From an uncultured delta proteobacterium (GTDB lineage: Bacteria; Myxococcota; Kuafuiibacteriia; Kuafuiibacteriales; Kuafuiibacteriaceae): a stretch of DNA of 64,000 nt. The notes beneath the pieces are model-generated. The model was given only the letters and a program-made list of their open reading frames with translations. It did no database searches and had not been told where the DNA came from. Shown here in pieces: positions 48,410-58,150 of the stretch. Within the stretch, counting starts at the first letter, position 1; every line of letters starts with the position of its first letter. The position numbers and the translations under genes were made by a program. The stretch is taken from positions 32,001-96,000 of the forward strand of contig CAWDML010000009.1 of NCBI GenBank assembly GCA_963803435.1. The letters are read 5' to 3'.

Positions 48410-49084
48410 TTGGAGCGCGAGTTTGCGCATTCGGCCCAGATCGCCAGCGCCCGCCGGGCGATCGCGGAGATCTGCCGGATGATGCACCAGCGGGGCTACA
48501 TCGCCGCGCGGGACGGCAACGTCTCCTGCCGGATCGGAGATAACCGCCTCCTGGTCACGCCCTCCGGGTGCCGGAAGGGCTTCCTCGATCCCTCCGACAT
48601 GGTGCTCTGCGACCTCGACGGCGCGGCTGTGCGCGGCGAGAAGGGCCGCCCCTCGACGGAGATGATGATGCACGTCGCCGTCTACCACGAGCGTGACGAC
48701 GTGAACGCGGTGGTCCACGCCCACCCGCCCCACGCCATCGCGCACACGGTCGCCGGTGTGAGCCTCTCGCTGGCGCTGATGCCGGAGGTGTTCTGCGAGC
48801 TCGGTGAGATCGTCACGATCCCGTACACCACGCCCGGGACGCCCGAAGTACCCGAGCGGTTGAGGGAGCCGATCAAGAGCCACTGCGCCCTGGTGATGGA
48901 GCGCCACGGCTCGATCACCACCGGTGCGACGCTGGCGCAGGCTTACGATCGACTGGAGATCCTCGAGCACACGGCCCGCATCTCCATGCTCGCGCACACG
49001 CTGGCGCCGGGACGGATCAGCGGGCTCCCGGAGGCGCAGCTCGACAAGCTGCGCCGGTTCTTCGGCTGCGGTCTGGGCTGCTGA
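48410..49084 (+). CDS. Class II aldolase/adducin family protein
   Basis: DGNVS, TPSG, PSTE...H, VVHAHPP and HG motifs. Confidence 0.93.
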   Translation: MEREFAHSAQIASARRAIAEICRMMHQRGYIAARDGNVSCRIGDNRLLVTPSGCRKGFLDPSDMVLCDLDGAAVRGEKGRPSTEMMMHVAVYHERDDVNAVVHAHPPHAIAHTVAGVSLSLALMPEVFCELGEIVTIPYTTPGTPEVPERLREPIKSHCALVMERHGSITTGATLAQAYDRLEILEHTARISMLAHTLAPGRISGLPEAQLDKLRRFFGCGLGC

Positions 49085-49090
49085 GGCGCG

Positions 49091-50167
49091 CTACTTCTGC
49101 TTGCCCTTGGTCGGCGGGTGACCGCCGCTGGGCGACATGAGCTTCTTGACCGCCTCGAGCCGCTGAGGAATGCCGAGCCGCTGCGCGTAGTCCGGATCCT
49201 CCCGGTTGAGCGCCTCCCAGGCGGCGATCGCCTCGCTCATGCGCTTCTGGTTGCGCATCATGATCAGCCCGAACGTCCAGCGCACCTGGGGGTCCTTGGC
49301 GTCGAGCTCGTAGGCCTTCTCGACCGTCTTGACCGCCTCCTCCTGCTTGTTCTGGGCGAACAGCGTCTCCGCCAGACCGGCCATCGCGCTCGGATCGTCC
49401 GGTCGGATCTTGAGCGCGCGCCGGAACGCGGCCTCGGCGGCGACCCCGTCGTTCTTGTTCACCGCCTCGATGGCCTCGGAGAGGGCCTGGCCGAACTCGT
49501 TGAGCTCGCCGACGTCGTTGCTCGCCTCCGGCGTGCCGCCGGGATGCCCGGGGATCGCGGCGACGCCGGCAGGGGGCGGCGCGTCGGGTGCGATCGGGGC
49601 GGCGCCGTCGTCGGCAGGCTGGCTGGCCGGCTCCTCCGGCGGCTCCTTGGCGGTCCCCAGCTGCGCGTCGAGCTGCTCGAGCGAGCCCCGGACGTAGTTG
49701 GCCTTCGGGTGGTTGGGCGCGACCTGGAGGAAGCGCAACCAGACCTGCCTCAGCTCCTGCTTGGCCCGCTGCGAGTCGTCGCCTTCGATGAGCCGGCCGT
49801 ACGCGAGCAGGCACTCCGGATTGTTTCGATCCTTCTCGATGCAGGACTTGAGCTCCTCGATGCCCGACTTCAGGTAGCCGAGCTCGAAGTACGTGTTGGT
49901 GAGGCCGGCGTTGATGCGGATGTCGTCGAGGCCGTTACGTCGGGCGGCCAGGAAGGTGTCGGCCGCGTCGAAGGCCAGGCCGGCCTCGTGCTGGAGCTGG
50001 GCGAGCTCGAGCAACGTGGCCGCGTCGTTGGGATTCTTCAAGAGGTCGTTCTTCCGCTGCGCGATCCGCTGCGCGAGGCCCGGGTCGGGCGCCTTCGGCT
50101 TCGTGAAGTCCACCTCGCAGGCGAACAGGAGCAGGAGTGCGGAAGCACCGAGGATCGCCCGTGGCAT
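49091..50167 (-). CDS. TPR-repeat lipoprotein
   Basis: Lipobox LFAC; two TPR blocks separated by a Pro/Ala linker. Confidence 0.8.
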   Translation of the reverse strand: MPRAILGASALLLLFACEVDFTKPKAPDPGLAQRIAQRKNDLLKNPNDAATLLELAQLQHEAGLAFDAADTFLAARRNGLDDIRINAGLTNTYFELGYLKSGIEELKSCIEKDRNNPECLLAYGRLIEGDDSQRAKQELRQVWLRFLQVAPNHPKANYVRGSLEQLDAQLGTAKEPPEEPASQPADDGAAPIAPDAPPPAGVAAIPGHPGGTPEASNDVGELNEFGQALSEAIEAVNKNDGVAAEAAFRRALKIRPDDPSAMAGLAETLFAQNKQEEAVKTVEKAYELDAKDPQVRWTFGLIMMRNQKRMSEAIAAWEALNREDPDYAQRLGIPQRLEAVKKLMSPSGGHPPTKGKQK

Positions 50168-50198
50168 GCCGAACGATCCTCGTCGAACGGATCCGCTG

Positions 50199-50702
50199 TC
50201 AAGGGAGCTCGGTCGCGGGCGCGACCGTCTGGAGCTCGTCGGCGTCGTCGAGCGCCGCCAGCAGCGCCCGCACGGTGTCGCTCGTGCCGGGGATGACCAG
50301 GTCGGGCGCAAGGTCGGCGAGAGGCTGCAACACGAACCGCCTGCGGATCATTTCCGGGTGCGGCACGACCAGCCGCGGGTGCGCGATCCGCTCGCTCCCA
50401 TACAGAAGGAGATCGAGATCGATGATCCGCGGGCCCCACCGCACCGTGCGAACCCGGCCCATCGCGGCCTCGATCGCCTGGAGCGCGTCGAGCAGCGCCA
50501 GGGCCGGGAGCTCGGTCTCGGCCTGGAGGACGCTGTTGAGGTAGTCCGGCTGGTCCTGGGGCCCGAGGGGCGCCGAGCGATAGACGGGTGCGAGGCGTCG
50601 GGGTCGCACCCGCGGCTCCTCGGCCAGCCGGCGTACAGCTTCCGCGAGGTTCTGCGAAGGATCCGGGCCGAGGTTGGCGCCGAGCGCGATGAAGGTTAGC
50701 AC
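50199..50702 (-). CDS. folK: 6-hydroxymethyl-7,8-dihydropterin pyrophosphokinase
   Basis: FIALGANLG, QPDYLN, RWGPRIIDLDLL, VPHP and RRFVLQPL motifs. Confidence 0.96.
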   Translation of the reverse strand: MLTFIALGANLGPDPSQNLAEAVRRLAEEPRVRPRRLAPVYRSAPLGPQDQPDYLNSVLQAETELPALALLDALQAIEAAMGRVRTVRWGPRIIDLDLLLYGSERIAHPRLVVPHPEMIRRRFVLQPLADLAPDLVIPGTSDTVRALLAALDDADELQTVAPATELP

Positions 50703-50717
50703 CCCGGTGGAACCTAG

Positions 50718-51749
50718 ATGGAAACGATGGACGTCGTCGAGCTGACCAAGGCGCTGGTCGCGATTCCCTCGATCACCGGTGACGAGGGGCGGATCGCCGC
50801 CTGGATCGCCGGCCGGCTCGAGGCGGACGGCTGGCGGGTCACCCGACAACCGGTTCCGCCCGAGGGCACCGCCACCACGGCGGACCCGCGCATCAACGTC
50901 ATCGCCACCTCGGACGACGACGCGCCGCGCGTCGTGTTGACCACGCACCTCGACACGGTGCCGCCCTTCATCGCGGTCACGGAGGATCGGGACCACCTGT
51001 TCGGCCGCGGCGTCTGCGACGCGAAGGGCATCTTCGCCTCGCAATGGATCGCGGCCGAGCGACTGCGTGCGGCGGGCCATCGCGGCATTGCGCTGGTCGG
51101 CGTCGCCGGAGAGGAGACCGACTCGATCGGCGCGAAGATCCTGTCGAAGGCGCTGCCCCGCGCCGACTTCGTCATCGATGGCGAGCCGACCGACCTCGAG
51201 CTCTCGTCCGGAGCGAAGGGGATCCTGTCGCTCTCGGTGCGCATGACGGGCGTGGCGGGCCACTCCGCGTATCCCGAGACCGGCCGGAGCGCCACGCATG
51301 CGCTGGTCCAGGCGCTGAGCCGGCTGTTGATGTCCGAGCTCCCGTATCACCCGGGCTTCGGCGCCACGACCGCGAACATCGGCGTCCTGTCGGGCGGCGT
51401 GGCGCCGAACGTGATCGCCCCGTCGGCGGAGGCCCGCCTGATGATCCGTCTGGGCGCTCCGAGCGACACCGTGCTGGCCACGGTCGCAGAGCTGCTCGGG
51501 CCCGACGTCGAGATCGAGGTGACCTCGAAGAGCGAGCCGCACAAGATTCACGTGCCGGCCGGCCGGAAGGGCAAGATCGTCCGCTTCGGCTCGGACGTCC
51601 CGTATCTCTCCTCGATCGGCACACCGCTCCTCGTGGGGCCGGGCTCGATCCACATGGCACATACGGCCCACGAGAGGATCCGAAAGGACGAGCTCGCCCG
51701 CGCCGTCGATCTCTATCAACAGCTCGCGATCACCTTGCTCGAGGCGTGA
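50718..51749 (+). CDS. M20 family metallohydrolase (ArgE/DapE-like)
   Basis: THLDTVPP, GRGVCDAKG, GEE, GEPT, AGHS and AHT motifs. Confidence 0.92.
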   Translation: METMDVVELTKALVAIPSITGDEGRIAAWIAGRLEADGWRVTRQPVPPEGTATTADPRINVIATSDDDAPRVVLTTHLDTVPPFIAVTEDRDHLFGRGVCDAKGIFASQWIAAERLRAAGHRGIALVGVAGEETDSIGAKILSKALPRADFVIDGEPTDLELSSGAKGILSLSVRMTGVAGHSAYPETGRSATHALVQALSRLLMSELPYHPGFGATTANIGVLSGGVAPNVIAPSAEARLMIRLGAPSDTVLATVAELLGPDVEIEVTSKSEPHKIHVPAGRKGKIVRFGSDVPYLSSIGTPLLVGPGSIHMAHTAHERIRKDELARAVDLYQQLAITLLEA

Positions 51750-51770
51750 AGCCAAGGTTATCGAGGCGCC

Positions 51771-52349
51771 ATGAGCATCGTGATCAACCGGGTCTACACC
51801 GGCGTCGGTGACGCCGGGACGACGCGCCTGGCGGGCGGCCAGGAGATCGACAAGACCGACGTGCGCATCGAGGCCTACGGGACGGTGGACGAGCTCAACG
51901 CCGTGCTCGGGGTGGTGGCGGAGACGGACGGCATCGACGAGGCGCTGCTCGGCAAGCTGCGCCGGATCCAGAACGAGCTGTTCGACCTCGGGGGCGAGCT
52001 CGCCACCCTCGCCGAGGATCGGCACCCGAAGCAGGCGCTGATCGGCGAGGACGCGTCGCGCCGACTCGAGGAGGACATGGATCAGGCCAACGAGAAGCTC
52101 CCCACGCTTCGCTCGTTCGTGCTGCCCGGCGGGGGGATGCTCTCCGCCCGGCTCCACGTGGCGCGCACCGTGTGCCGGCGCGCGGAGCGACGCCTGGTGG
52201 CGCTGCACCGCGCCAGCGAGCAGCGCGCCGAGTCGCTCAGGTACCTCAATCGTCTTTCGGACTGGCTGTTCGTGATGGGCCGCGTGGCCGTGGTGGCGGC
52301 CGGCCAATCGGAGGTGCTCTGGGTACCGGGGATCAGCCGGGACCCTTGA
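51771..52349 (+). CDS. pduO: PduO-type cob(I)alamin adenosyltransferase
   Basis: VYTG.GD.GTT, AYGTVDELN, FVLPGG, RTVCRRAER and YLNRLSD motifs. Confidence 0.93.
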   Translation: MSIVINRVYTGVGDAGTTRLAGGQEIDKTDVRIEAYGTVDELNAVLGVVAETDGIDEALLGKLRRIQNELFDLGGELATLAEDRHPKQALIGEDASRRLEEDMDQANEKLPTLRSFVLPGGGMLSARLHVARTVCRRAERRLVALHRASEQRAESLRYLNRLSDWLFVMGRVAVVAAGQSEVLWVPGISRDP

Positions 52350-55137
52350 GCTTGCCGCGGACGTCGATCACCAGCACCGTGCCGTCGGTGCGGAGCCCGA
52401 TCAGCCGGCCCGCGGACTCGACCAGCCTCTTGAACGGTCCCAGCTTCTGGCGTCCCGCGATGATCGCGCGGTCCAGATCGATCGCAGCCAGCGTGCCGTC
52501 CTCGAGGGCGACGAACCCAGGCTCGAGGGCCACGATCGATCCGGGCATCACGATGGGCCGCTGCTTGCCGCGCTCGTCCACCAGGATCGCGCGCCGTCCG
52601 CTCGCCACCAGATAGCCGCTCGCTGTCGCGACCGCGAGGGTCTCGCCCGGGATCGACAGATCGAAGCGCGTCTTCCCGTCCTCGAGCGCGAGTCCGCGGA
52701 AGCCCTTCTCGCTCTTCACCAGCGCCGTCTCCTCGCCGAGCCAGGCGCCGGTGGCGTGGGCGCCGATGGGGAGCAGCCACTTGCGCGCGCCGGTGGCGAC
52801 CTCGAGGAGCTGGACGCCGTCCGCATCCGTCCCCACCATTGCAAACCGCTGATCGGCCGTGAGCATGTCGGTCGGCGCGTCGAACGTCTGACGCCACTTC
52901 GGCTTGCCGGCGGCGTCGAGGCGGGAGAGGGCGTTCGCCTTGCCCGACTCCACGGCGAACAGCGCACCGCCGGCGAGCCGCTGCTCCTTCGCGCGGCGCC
53001 CGCCCGCTTTCCCGGCCCGATCGATGAAGCCGCCGTCGATCTCGAAGCCGTCCAGCGCTGCGCCGATCGCCTTGCCGGGCTTGGACCAGAGCACCTTGCC
53101 GGGATCGGCGAGCGCGCGGGCGGTGACCGTCCCCTTGACCAGCACCAGCAGCTGATCGCCGGCCACCGCCAGATCCTCGATCGGATCGTCGAGCGCCAGG
53201 CGGGCCTCGATCCCGGCCAGCCGCCGGAGCGCCTCGCCGGCCCGCATCACCAGCGGGTCCCCCTTGGGGGCGCGGGCGATCAGATCCAGCCAGTCGACCA
53301 CCGCCTCGGTCGGATGCCCCTCGGTGGCCTGGGCGTGGAGGGCGCGCGCGTCGAGCTGGTGGGGGTTGCGGACCAGGACGGCGTGGGCGAGCGCCAGGGC
53401 GGGGGCTCGCTGGCCCAGCGCCACGTAGGCCCGGGCCAGGTCCATGCGGGCCTGCTCGAGCCAGCGCGTGGGCCGCGGATCGTTCCCTGCGGGGAGCCCG
53501 TAGATCGTCCCCTTCTCCAGGACCGCCGCGCCGCCCTTCGGCCCGACGGCCACCTCGGCGATCTTCCCCTCGAGGTCCACGACCTGGATGAGCTGACCGC
53601 GCTGATGATCGAGCATGATCGCGCGCGTCCCGGTGGCGCCGGCGATCACGCCGCTGAACGTCGACAGGGAGCTCACCGGGGCGCGCTGGCGCGCGGACCA
53701 GATCGGCTTGCCGTCGAAGTTACGGGCGAGCACCGCGTAGGGGCCGTCGGCCGGATGAACCACGCCCGAGTAGTCGGGGAGCGAGAGGACCGGCGACGAG
53801 GCGCCGGAGAAGATCCGCCCGATCCCGCTGCGCGTGCTGGGATCCAGGATCGCGAGCAGCGTCTTTCGGCCCCGGCGCGCCGTCACCGCGAGGCGCTCTC
53901 CGCCCACGGCCGGCGGCCACTCGACGCCGGGGAAGCGGGTCACGCGCTTCGTGATCTCGCCGCGCTGCGGATCGACCAGCACGACCTCGTCACTGCCGAC
54001 CAGCGCCCACAGCGAGCCCTTGGCGGTGACGGCCAGCGGTGAGGAGATCTCGTCCTTGAGGTCGATCTTCCGCTTCTCCGCGCCGTCGGCGGTGTTGATC
54101 ACGTGGATGAACGTGGAGGAGGGGAGCGCCAGATCGGTGCCTACCAGCGTCGGCCCGGCCGTGACGTCGTCGAGGGGATCGAACTTCCAGAGGACATCGC
54201 CCTTGTTGGGATCGATCGCGAGCAGCTGCTCCGATCCCGAGACGAACAGGCGGCCGCCGAAGAACACGATCTCGGGGTTGGGCGCCAGCAGATCGAGCGT
54301 CCAGGACGGCTTCCCGTTCCGGGGATCGAGCGCCACGATCTTGGTCTCGAGGAGGGCCAGCAGCAGGTGGTCCACCTGGACCAGCTCGGGCTCGGCGGTC
54401 CCCAGCGTGGCCCGCCAGCGCTCCTCCCCGGAGGTCGGGTCGAGCGCGACGAAAGTGCCGGCCTCGAACGCCACCAGGAGATCGTCGAGCAGGCTGATCC
54501 GCGTGGGCGGCGGCGATGCGGGCGAGCGACGCCACACCGGTCCGACGAAGCCGTGCGCCAGGCTGTCCACCACCTGCTTCAGCACTGGCACGGCGCGGCG
54601 GTTGTCGCCGCGCCGCACCGCCGCCTCGGCCTGGGCCCAGCGCTCGAGCACGCGCCCGTTGACGGAGGAGGGCGGATCGAGCCGCGCCCGGACCACCGAC
54701 CCGATCGCCGGACCGCTGGCGGCGTAGGCGGCAGGGGCGTCGTTGCGGCAGGCGGCCAGCAAGGCGTCGGCGTTGGCGGCCCCCATCGCGTGGACCTCGG
54801 GCAGCGGCGGAAAGCCGGGCGGCCAGACCCCCGCGAGCGCGGCGAAGCTGTCGTTACCGATCGGCGCCGACTTGGTGGAGCGGCCGGCGGCGATCAGATC
54901 GCCGCCCTCGCGCGCCAGGGCGAGGTCCGCCTTCAGGCGAACCCGCGCGGCCTCGAGCTTCTCATCCTTGCCGCGGGGCGCCCGCACCACGCGCACGTCC
55001 GGGATCAGATCCAGGACCGCGGCCAGGCGCTCGTGGAGCACGCACTCGGCCTCGTTCTCCGGCGGCGGGATCAGCACCAGCGGCTGGGGGCCCTGGCTCG
55101 CGAGCGTGGACGCGAGAGCGAGGAGCGCTGCGCTCAC
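52333..55137 (-). CDS. PQQ-like beta-propeller repeat protein with TPR segments
   Basis: Repeated ALD..G...W motifs interleaved with helical TPR-like stretches. Confidence 0.8.
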   Translation of the reverse strand: MSAALLALASTLASQGPQPLVLIPPPENEAECVLHERLAAVLDLIPDVRVVRAPRGKDEKLEAARVRLKADLALAREGGDLIAAGRSTKSAPIGNDSFAALAGVWPPGFPPLPEVHAMGAANADALLAACRNDAPAAYAASGPAIGSVVRARLDPPSSVNGRVLERWAQAEAAVRRGDNRRAVPVLKQVVDSLAHGFVGPVWRRSPASPPPTRISLLDDLLVAFEAGTFVALDPTSGEERWRATLGTAEPELVQVDHLLLALLETKIVALDPRNGKPSWTLDLLAPNPEIVFFGGRLFVSGSEQLLAIDPNKGDVLWKFDPLDDVTAGPTLVGTDLALPSSTFIHVINTADGAEKRKIDLKDEISSPLAVTAKGSLWALVGSDEVVLVDPQRGEITKRVTRFPGVEWPPAVGGERLAVTARRGRKTLLAILDPSTRSGIGRIFSGASSPVLSLPDYSGVVHPADGPYAVLARNFDGKPIWSARQRAPVSSLSTFSGVIAGATGTRAIMLDHQRGQLIQVVDLEGKIAEVAVGPKGGAAVLEKGTIYGLPAGNDPRPTRWLEQARMDLARAYVALGQRAPALALAHAVLVRNPHQLDARALHAQATEGHPTEAVVDWLDLIARAPKGDPLVMRAGEALRRLAGIEARLALDDPIEDLAVAGDQLLVLVKGTVTARALADPGKVLWSKPGKAIGAALDGFEIDGGFIDRAGKAGGRRAKEQRLAGGALFAVESGKANALSRLDAAGKPKWRQTFDAPTDMLTADQRFAMVGTDADGVQLLEVATGARKWLLPIGAHATGAWLGEETALVKSEKGFRGLALEDGKTRFDLSIPGETLAVATASGYLVASGRRAILVDERGKQRPIVMPGSIVALEPGFVALEDGTLAAIDLDRAIIAGRQKLGPFKRLVESAGRLIGLRTDGTVLVIDVRGKLKGPG

Positions 55138-55174
55138 GCCTCGCGAGTAGCATTCCTATATACTGCGCGCCACC

Positions 55175-56410
55175 GTGTCTCGACGGCTGCAGAACCTGCT
55201 GCTCGTCGTCGGCAGCGCGGTGGTCTGTGCCGCGCTCATGGAGCTCGGCCTTCACGTCGTGGGCTTCTCGGCGCCGAGCTTCTACGAGCCAGATCGGTTC
55301 ACCGGCGCGCGCCACCGTCCCGGCGCCGAGGGATGGGATCGCCGCGAGGGGGAGACCTACGTCCGGATCAGCGCCCAGGGGCTGCGCGATCGGGACCACC
55401 GGGAGGCGAAGCCGCCGGGCACGGTCCGCATCGTGGTGCTGGGCGACTCCTACGCCGAGGGTCTGGCGGTGGAGCTCGACCAGACGTTCTGGTCCGTCGC
55501 CGCCGCCGACGTTGCAAGCTGCCCTGCGCTCGCGGGCCGGACGATCGAGCCGATCAACCTGGGCGTCTCGGGCTACGGCCCCGCCCAGGAGCTGCTGGCG
55601 CTGCGCCACCGCGGCTTCGCCTTCGACCCGGACTTGGTGGTGACGGCGTTCTTCTCGGAGAACGACGTCCGCGACGACTCGCGCGCGCTCTCCCGCGAGC
55701 CGCTGCGGCCCTACTACACGCTCCAGGACGGTCTGCTCCAGCTCGACGACCGCTTCCTCGCCAGCTCCGAGTATCGGCTGAAGGCGGCGTTCCTCTCCCG
55801 CCTGCTCTACGGCGCGATCGATCGCGTGCGCCTTCTCCAGCTCGCCAACCTGGCCAAGAACAACCTGCGGAGGCGGTGGGTGCTCCACCAGGATCCGTCG
55901 GCCTCCGGCGTGCTCGAGCCGCCGGATCACCCGGTCCGTCATCCGCTCTACTCCGAGCCGACCGACCCCCGCTGGCGCGACGCCTGGGCTGTGACCGAGG
56001 CGCTGATCGCCGAGACCGCGCGCGAGACGGCCTCGCACGGCGCGCGGTTCGTGTTGATGAGCGTGAGCAACCCCGTCCAGGTCCATCCCGACGCCGCGCT
56101 CCGCGGGCGCTTCGAGTCGGCCTACGGCGTCGCGGATTTGTTCGAGCCCGAGCGCCGTCTGGGCGCGCTGGCGCGGCGGGAAGGGCTGCCATACCTACCT
56201 CTCGCGCCCGGGATGCAGGCGGAGGCCGACCGGACGGGCACCTTCTTCCACGGCTTCGCCCGGATCGGTACGGAGGGGCGGGGCCACTGGAACGTGCAGG
56301 GGCATCGCTTCGCCGGCCACGCGCTGGCGGAGCGTCTCTGCGCGATCCTGACCTCGAGCGCGTCGGACGCCGTGCGAGCCCGCACGGGCTCGCGCCCGGG
56401 CCCCACCTGA
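55175..56410 (+). CDS. Membrane-anchored SGNH/GDSL hydrolase
   Basis: LGDSY, NLGVSGYG, END and GHWN..GH motifs. Confidence 0.88.
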   Translation: MSRRLQNLLLVVGSAVVCAALMELGLHVVGFSAPSFYEPDRFTGARHRPGAEGWDRREGETYVRISAQGLRDRDHREAKPPGTVRIVVLGDSYAEGLAVELDQTFWSVAAADVASCPALAGRTIEPINLGVSGYGPAQELLALRHRGFAFDPDLVVTAFFSENDVRDDSRALSREPLRPYYTLQDGLLQLDDRFLASSEYRLKAAFLSRLLYGAIDRVRLLQLANLAKNNLRRRWVLHQDPSASGVLEPPDHPVRHPLYSEPTDPRWRDAWAVTEALIAETARETASHGARFVLMSVSNPVQVHPDAALRGRFESAYGVADLFEPERRLGALARREGLPYLPLAPGMQAEADRTGTFFHGFARIGTEGRGHWNVQGHRFAGHALAERLCAILTSSASDAVRARTGSRPGPT

Positions 56411-56428
56411 GGCACTCTTTTCGCCGGC

Positions 56429-57505
56429 ATGCTGCGCCCTCTGCTCTTTCACCTGGTTCTCCTGACGGCGCTCGCGACGCGGGCGGAGGCGGCGGAGAGC
56501 GTGAAGCTGGTGAACGCGAAGGGTGAGGTCTCGGTCCGGGCGCCGAAGGCCACCGCCTACCAGCGGATCGGAGACGGCGCGGAGGTCGCGGATCGATCGC
56601 GCCTGCGCACGGGCAAGGACGGAGAGGCCACGCTCCGGTTCCCCGACGGCAGCGAGGCCAAGGTCAGCCCGAAGAGCGAGATCATCGTGCACGCCGAACG
56701 GACCGATCAGGAGCCGGCCGGCGCCACGCTGTTCTTCGGTCGGGTCTGGTCGAAGGTGGTGAAGGCGGTCGGAGGCGAGACCTCGTTCGAGGTGCGCTCT
56801 GCGAACGCGGTCGCGGGCGTGCGCGGCACCGAGTTCGAGGTCGGCGTCGCGGATGACGGCTCTGCGCGCGTGATCGTGCGCGAGGGCGTGGTCGCCGTGG
56901 AGGGCGAGGCCGGCAAACCGGTCAACGTGGCCCGCGGGTTCGAGGTGGAGTCGGATCATCAAGGACGGCTCGATCGGACCCGGAAGGCCGCGGGGGACCC
57001 GGAGTGGGACGGCTGGTTCAGCAAGCGCGCCCGCACGCTCGAGCGTGAGGGCGTGAAGGTGGCCCAGGATCTGGACGGCCGGCTCAGCCGTCGATGGCGC
57101 CAGGTGGAGAAGCTGGTGCGGGAGCAGCGCGTGCTGCGGGAGCAGATCGAGAAGCTCGAGCGCCGGGGCAAGGCCGGCGAGGACGTCCAGGGCGAGCTCG
57201 AGTCGAAGCTGGCCGAGCTCGAGCGTACGACCGAGCGCCTCGCCAGCATGCGCGCGCGCCTCGAGGCCGCGTTCGGGATCTTCGAGCGCTGGGGAGCGCT
57301 CGCCGAGCAGGGCGCCATCCAGCACGGCGATCAGGTGGGATCGCTCGCCGGCAACGTCGCGCGCATCGCGGCCGACTTCGCCGACATGATCGAGGAAGGC
57401 ACCGACCTCTCGCCTGAGGGCATGGAAGAGATGATGGACGACATGAAGAAGGGGCCGACGCTCAAGCAGAAGAAGAAGAGCGCTGCGGACGAGCTCCTGA
57501 AGTGA
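56429..57505 (+). CDS. Exported FecR-domain protein with C-terminal coiled coil
   Basis: LRTGKDG, F.DGS, AVAGVRGTEF and V.EG.V motifs. Confidence 0.85.
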   Translation: MLRPLLFHLVLLTALATRAEAAESVKLVNAKGEVSVRAPKATAYQRIGDGAEVADRSRLRTGKDGEATLRFPDGSEAKVSPKSEIIVHAERTDQEPAGATLFFGRVWSKVVKAVGGETSFEVRSANAVAGVRGTEFEVGVADDGSARVIVREGVVAVEGEAGKPVNVARGFEVESDHQGRLDRTRKAAGDPEWDGWFSKRARTLEREGVKVAQDLDGRLSRRWRQVEKLVREQRVLREQIEKLERRGKAGEDVQGELESKLAELERTTERLASMRARLEAAFGIFERWGALAEQGAIQHGDQVGSLAGNVARIAADFADMIEEGTDLSPEGMEEMMDDMKKGPTLKQKKKSAADELLK

Positions 57506-57934
57506 TCACCTCTTCGTTTGAGTAGAATCCATTTGAAATAAGTCCGGGATCCGACGATCTCGTGTCGGGATCGGTCGATCCCACGCGATCGATCCCCTGG
57601 GCGAGCGCCCGATCCCGAGCGTGAAGAATTCGCCACAGAAAATAGGCATACGGACCGCCCGACCGACCCGTGGTCCGAAACGCCCTCGAAAGGTGCATTT
57701 CCGGGCGGTTCCTGGAGAAAAAATGCATGTACGAGCTGAAAAAGGGGGTTTTCGGGCTGTTTTTGGACTTGTATGTATTGCGCCACCCAAACGATTCGGC
57801 TAAAGGGATGCGCGGCGCTGGGCGCGAAAAGGCCCAGGAGACGCGAAATCGAGCGAACTCGACGACAAACCCAATCTGCGAACGCCGATGGATCGGCTTC
57901 GCCGAACGAAATGGAAAGGCTGATGGAGGAAGGG

Positions 57935-58150
57935 ATGGCCGGAAAGAAGAAGGACGCGAACACCACGAAGAAGCCCCGCGAGATGCTTCTCGTGCAGAGC
58001 AAGGTGAAAGAGTACATCCGCGGTCACGACATGATGTGCTCCTCGGATCTGGTCGACGCGCTGAACGAGCGGGTCGCCGGCATTCTCGACGACGCGGTCA
58101 CCCGCGCCGGCTCGAACGGCCGCAAGACCGCCCGAGCGCACGACATCTGA
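57935..58150 (+). CDS. Bacterial histone-fold protein (Bd0055/HBb-like), 71 aa, with Lys-rich N-terminal extension
   Basis: GGAGGA RBS. EMLLVQSKVKEYIR...MMCSSDLVDALNERV..ILDDAVTRA..NGRKTARAHDI carries the LVV.SKVK start and the RKT....D clamp of short-alpha2 bacterial histones. Confidence 0.88.
   Translation: MAGKKKDANTTKKPREMLLVQSKVKEYIRGHDMMCSSDLVDALNERVAGILDDAVTRAGSNGRKTARAHDI

Noticed and set aside
57506-57800. Replication origin (AT-richer DNA with about seven GATC sites at 57548-57614)
   Set aside because: No convincing TTATCCACA boxes and no dnaA/dnaN/parAB nearby; GATC is frequent throughout this sequence.
57800-57870. c-di-GMP-I riboswitch (GAAA...GACGCGAAA resemblance)
   Set aside because: The 5' GGCAAAC element and the second stem with tetraloop receptor could not be placed.
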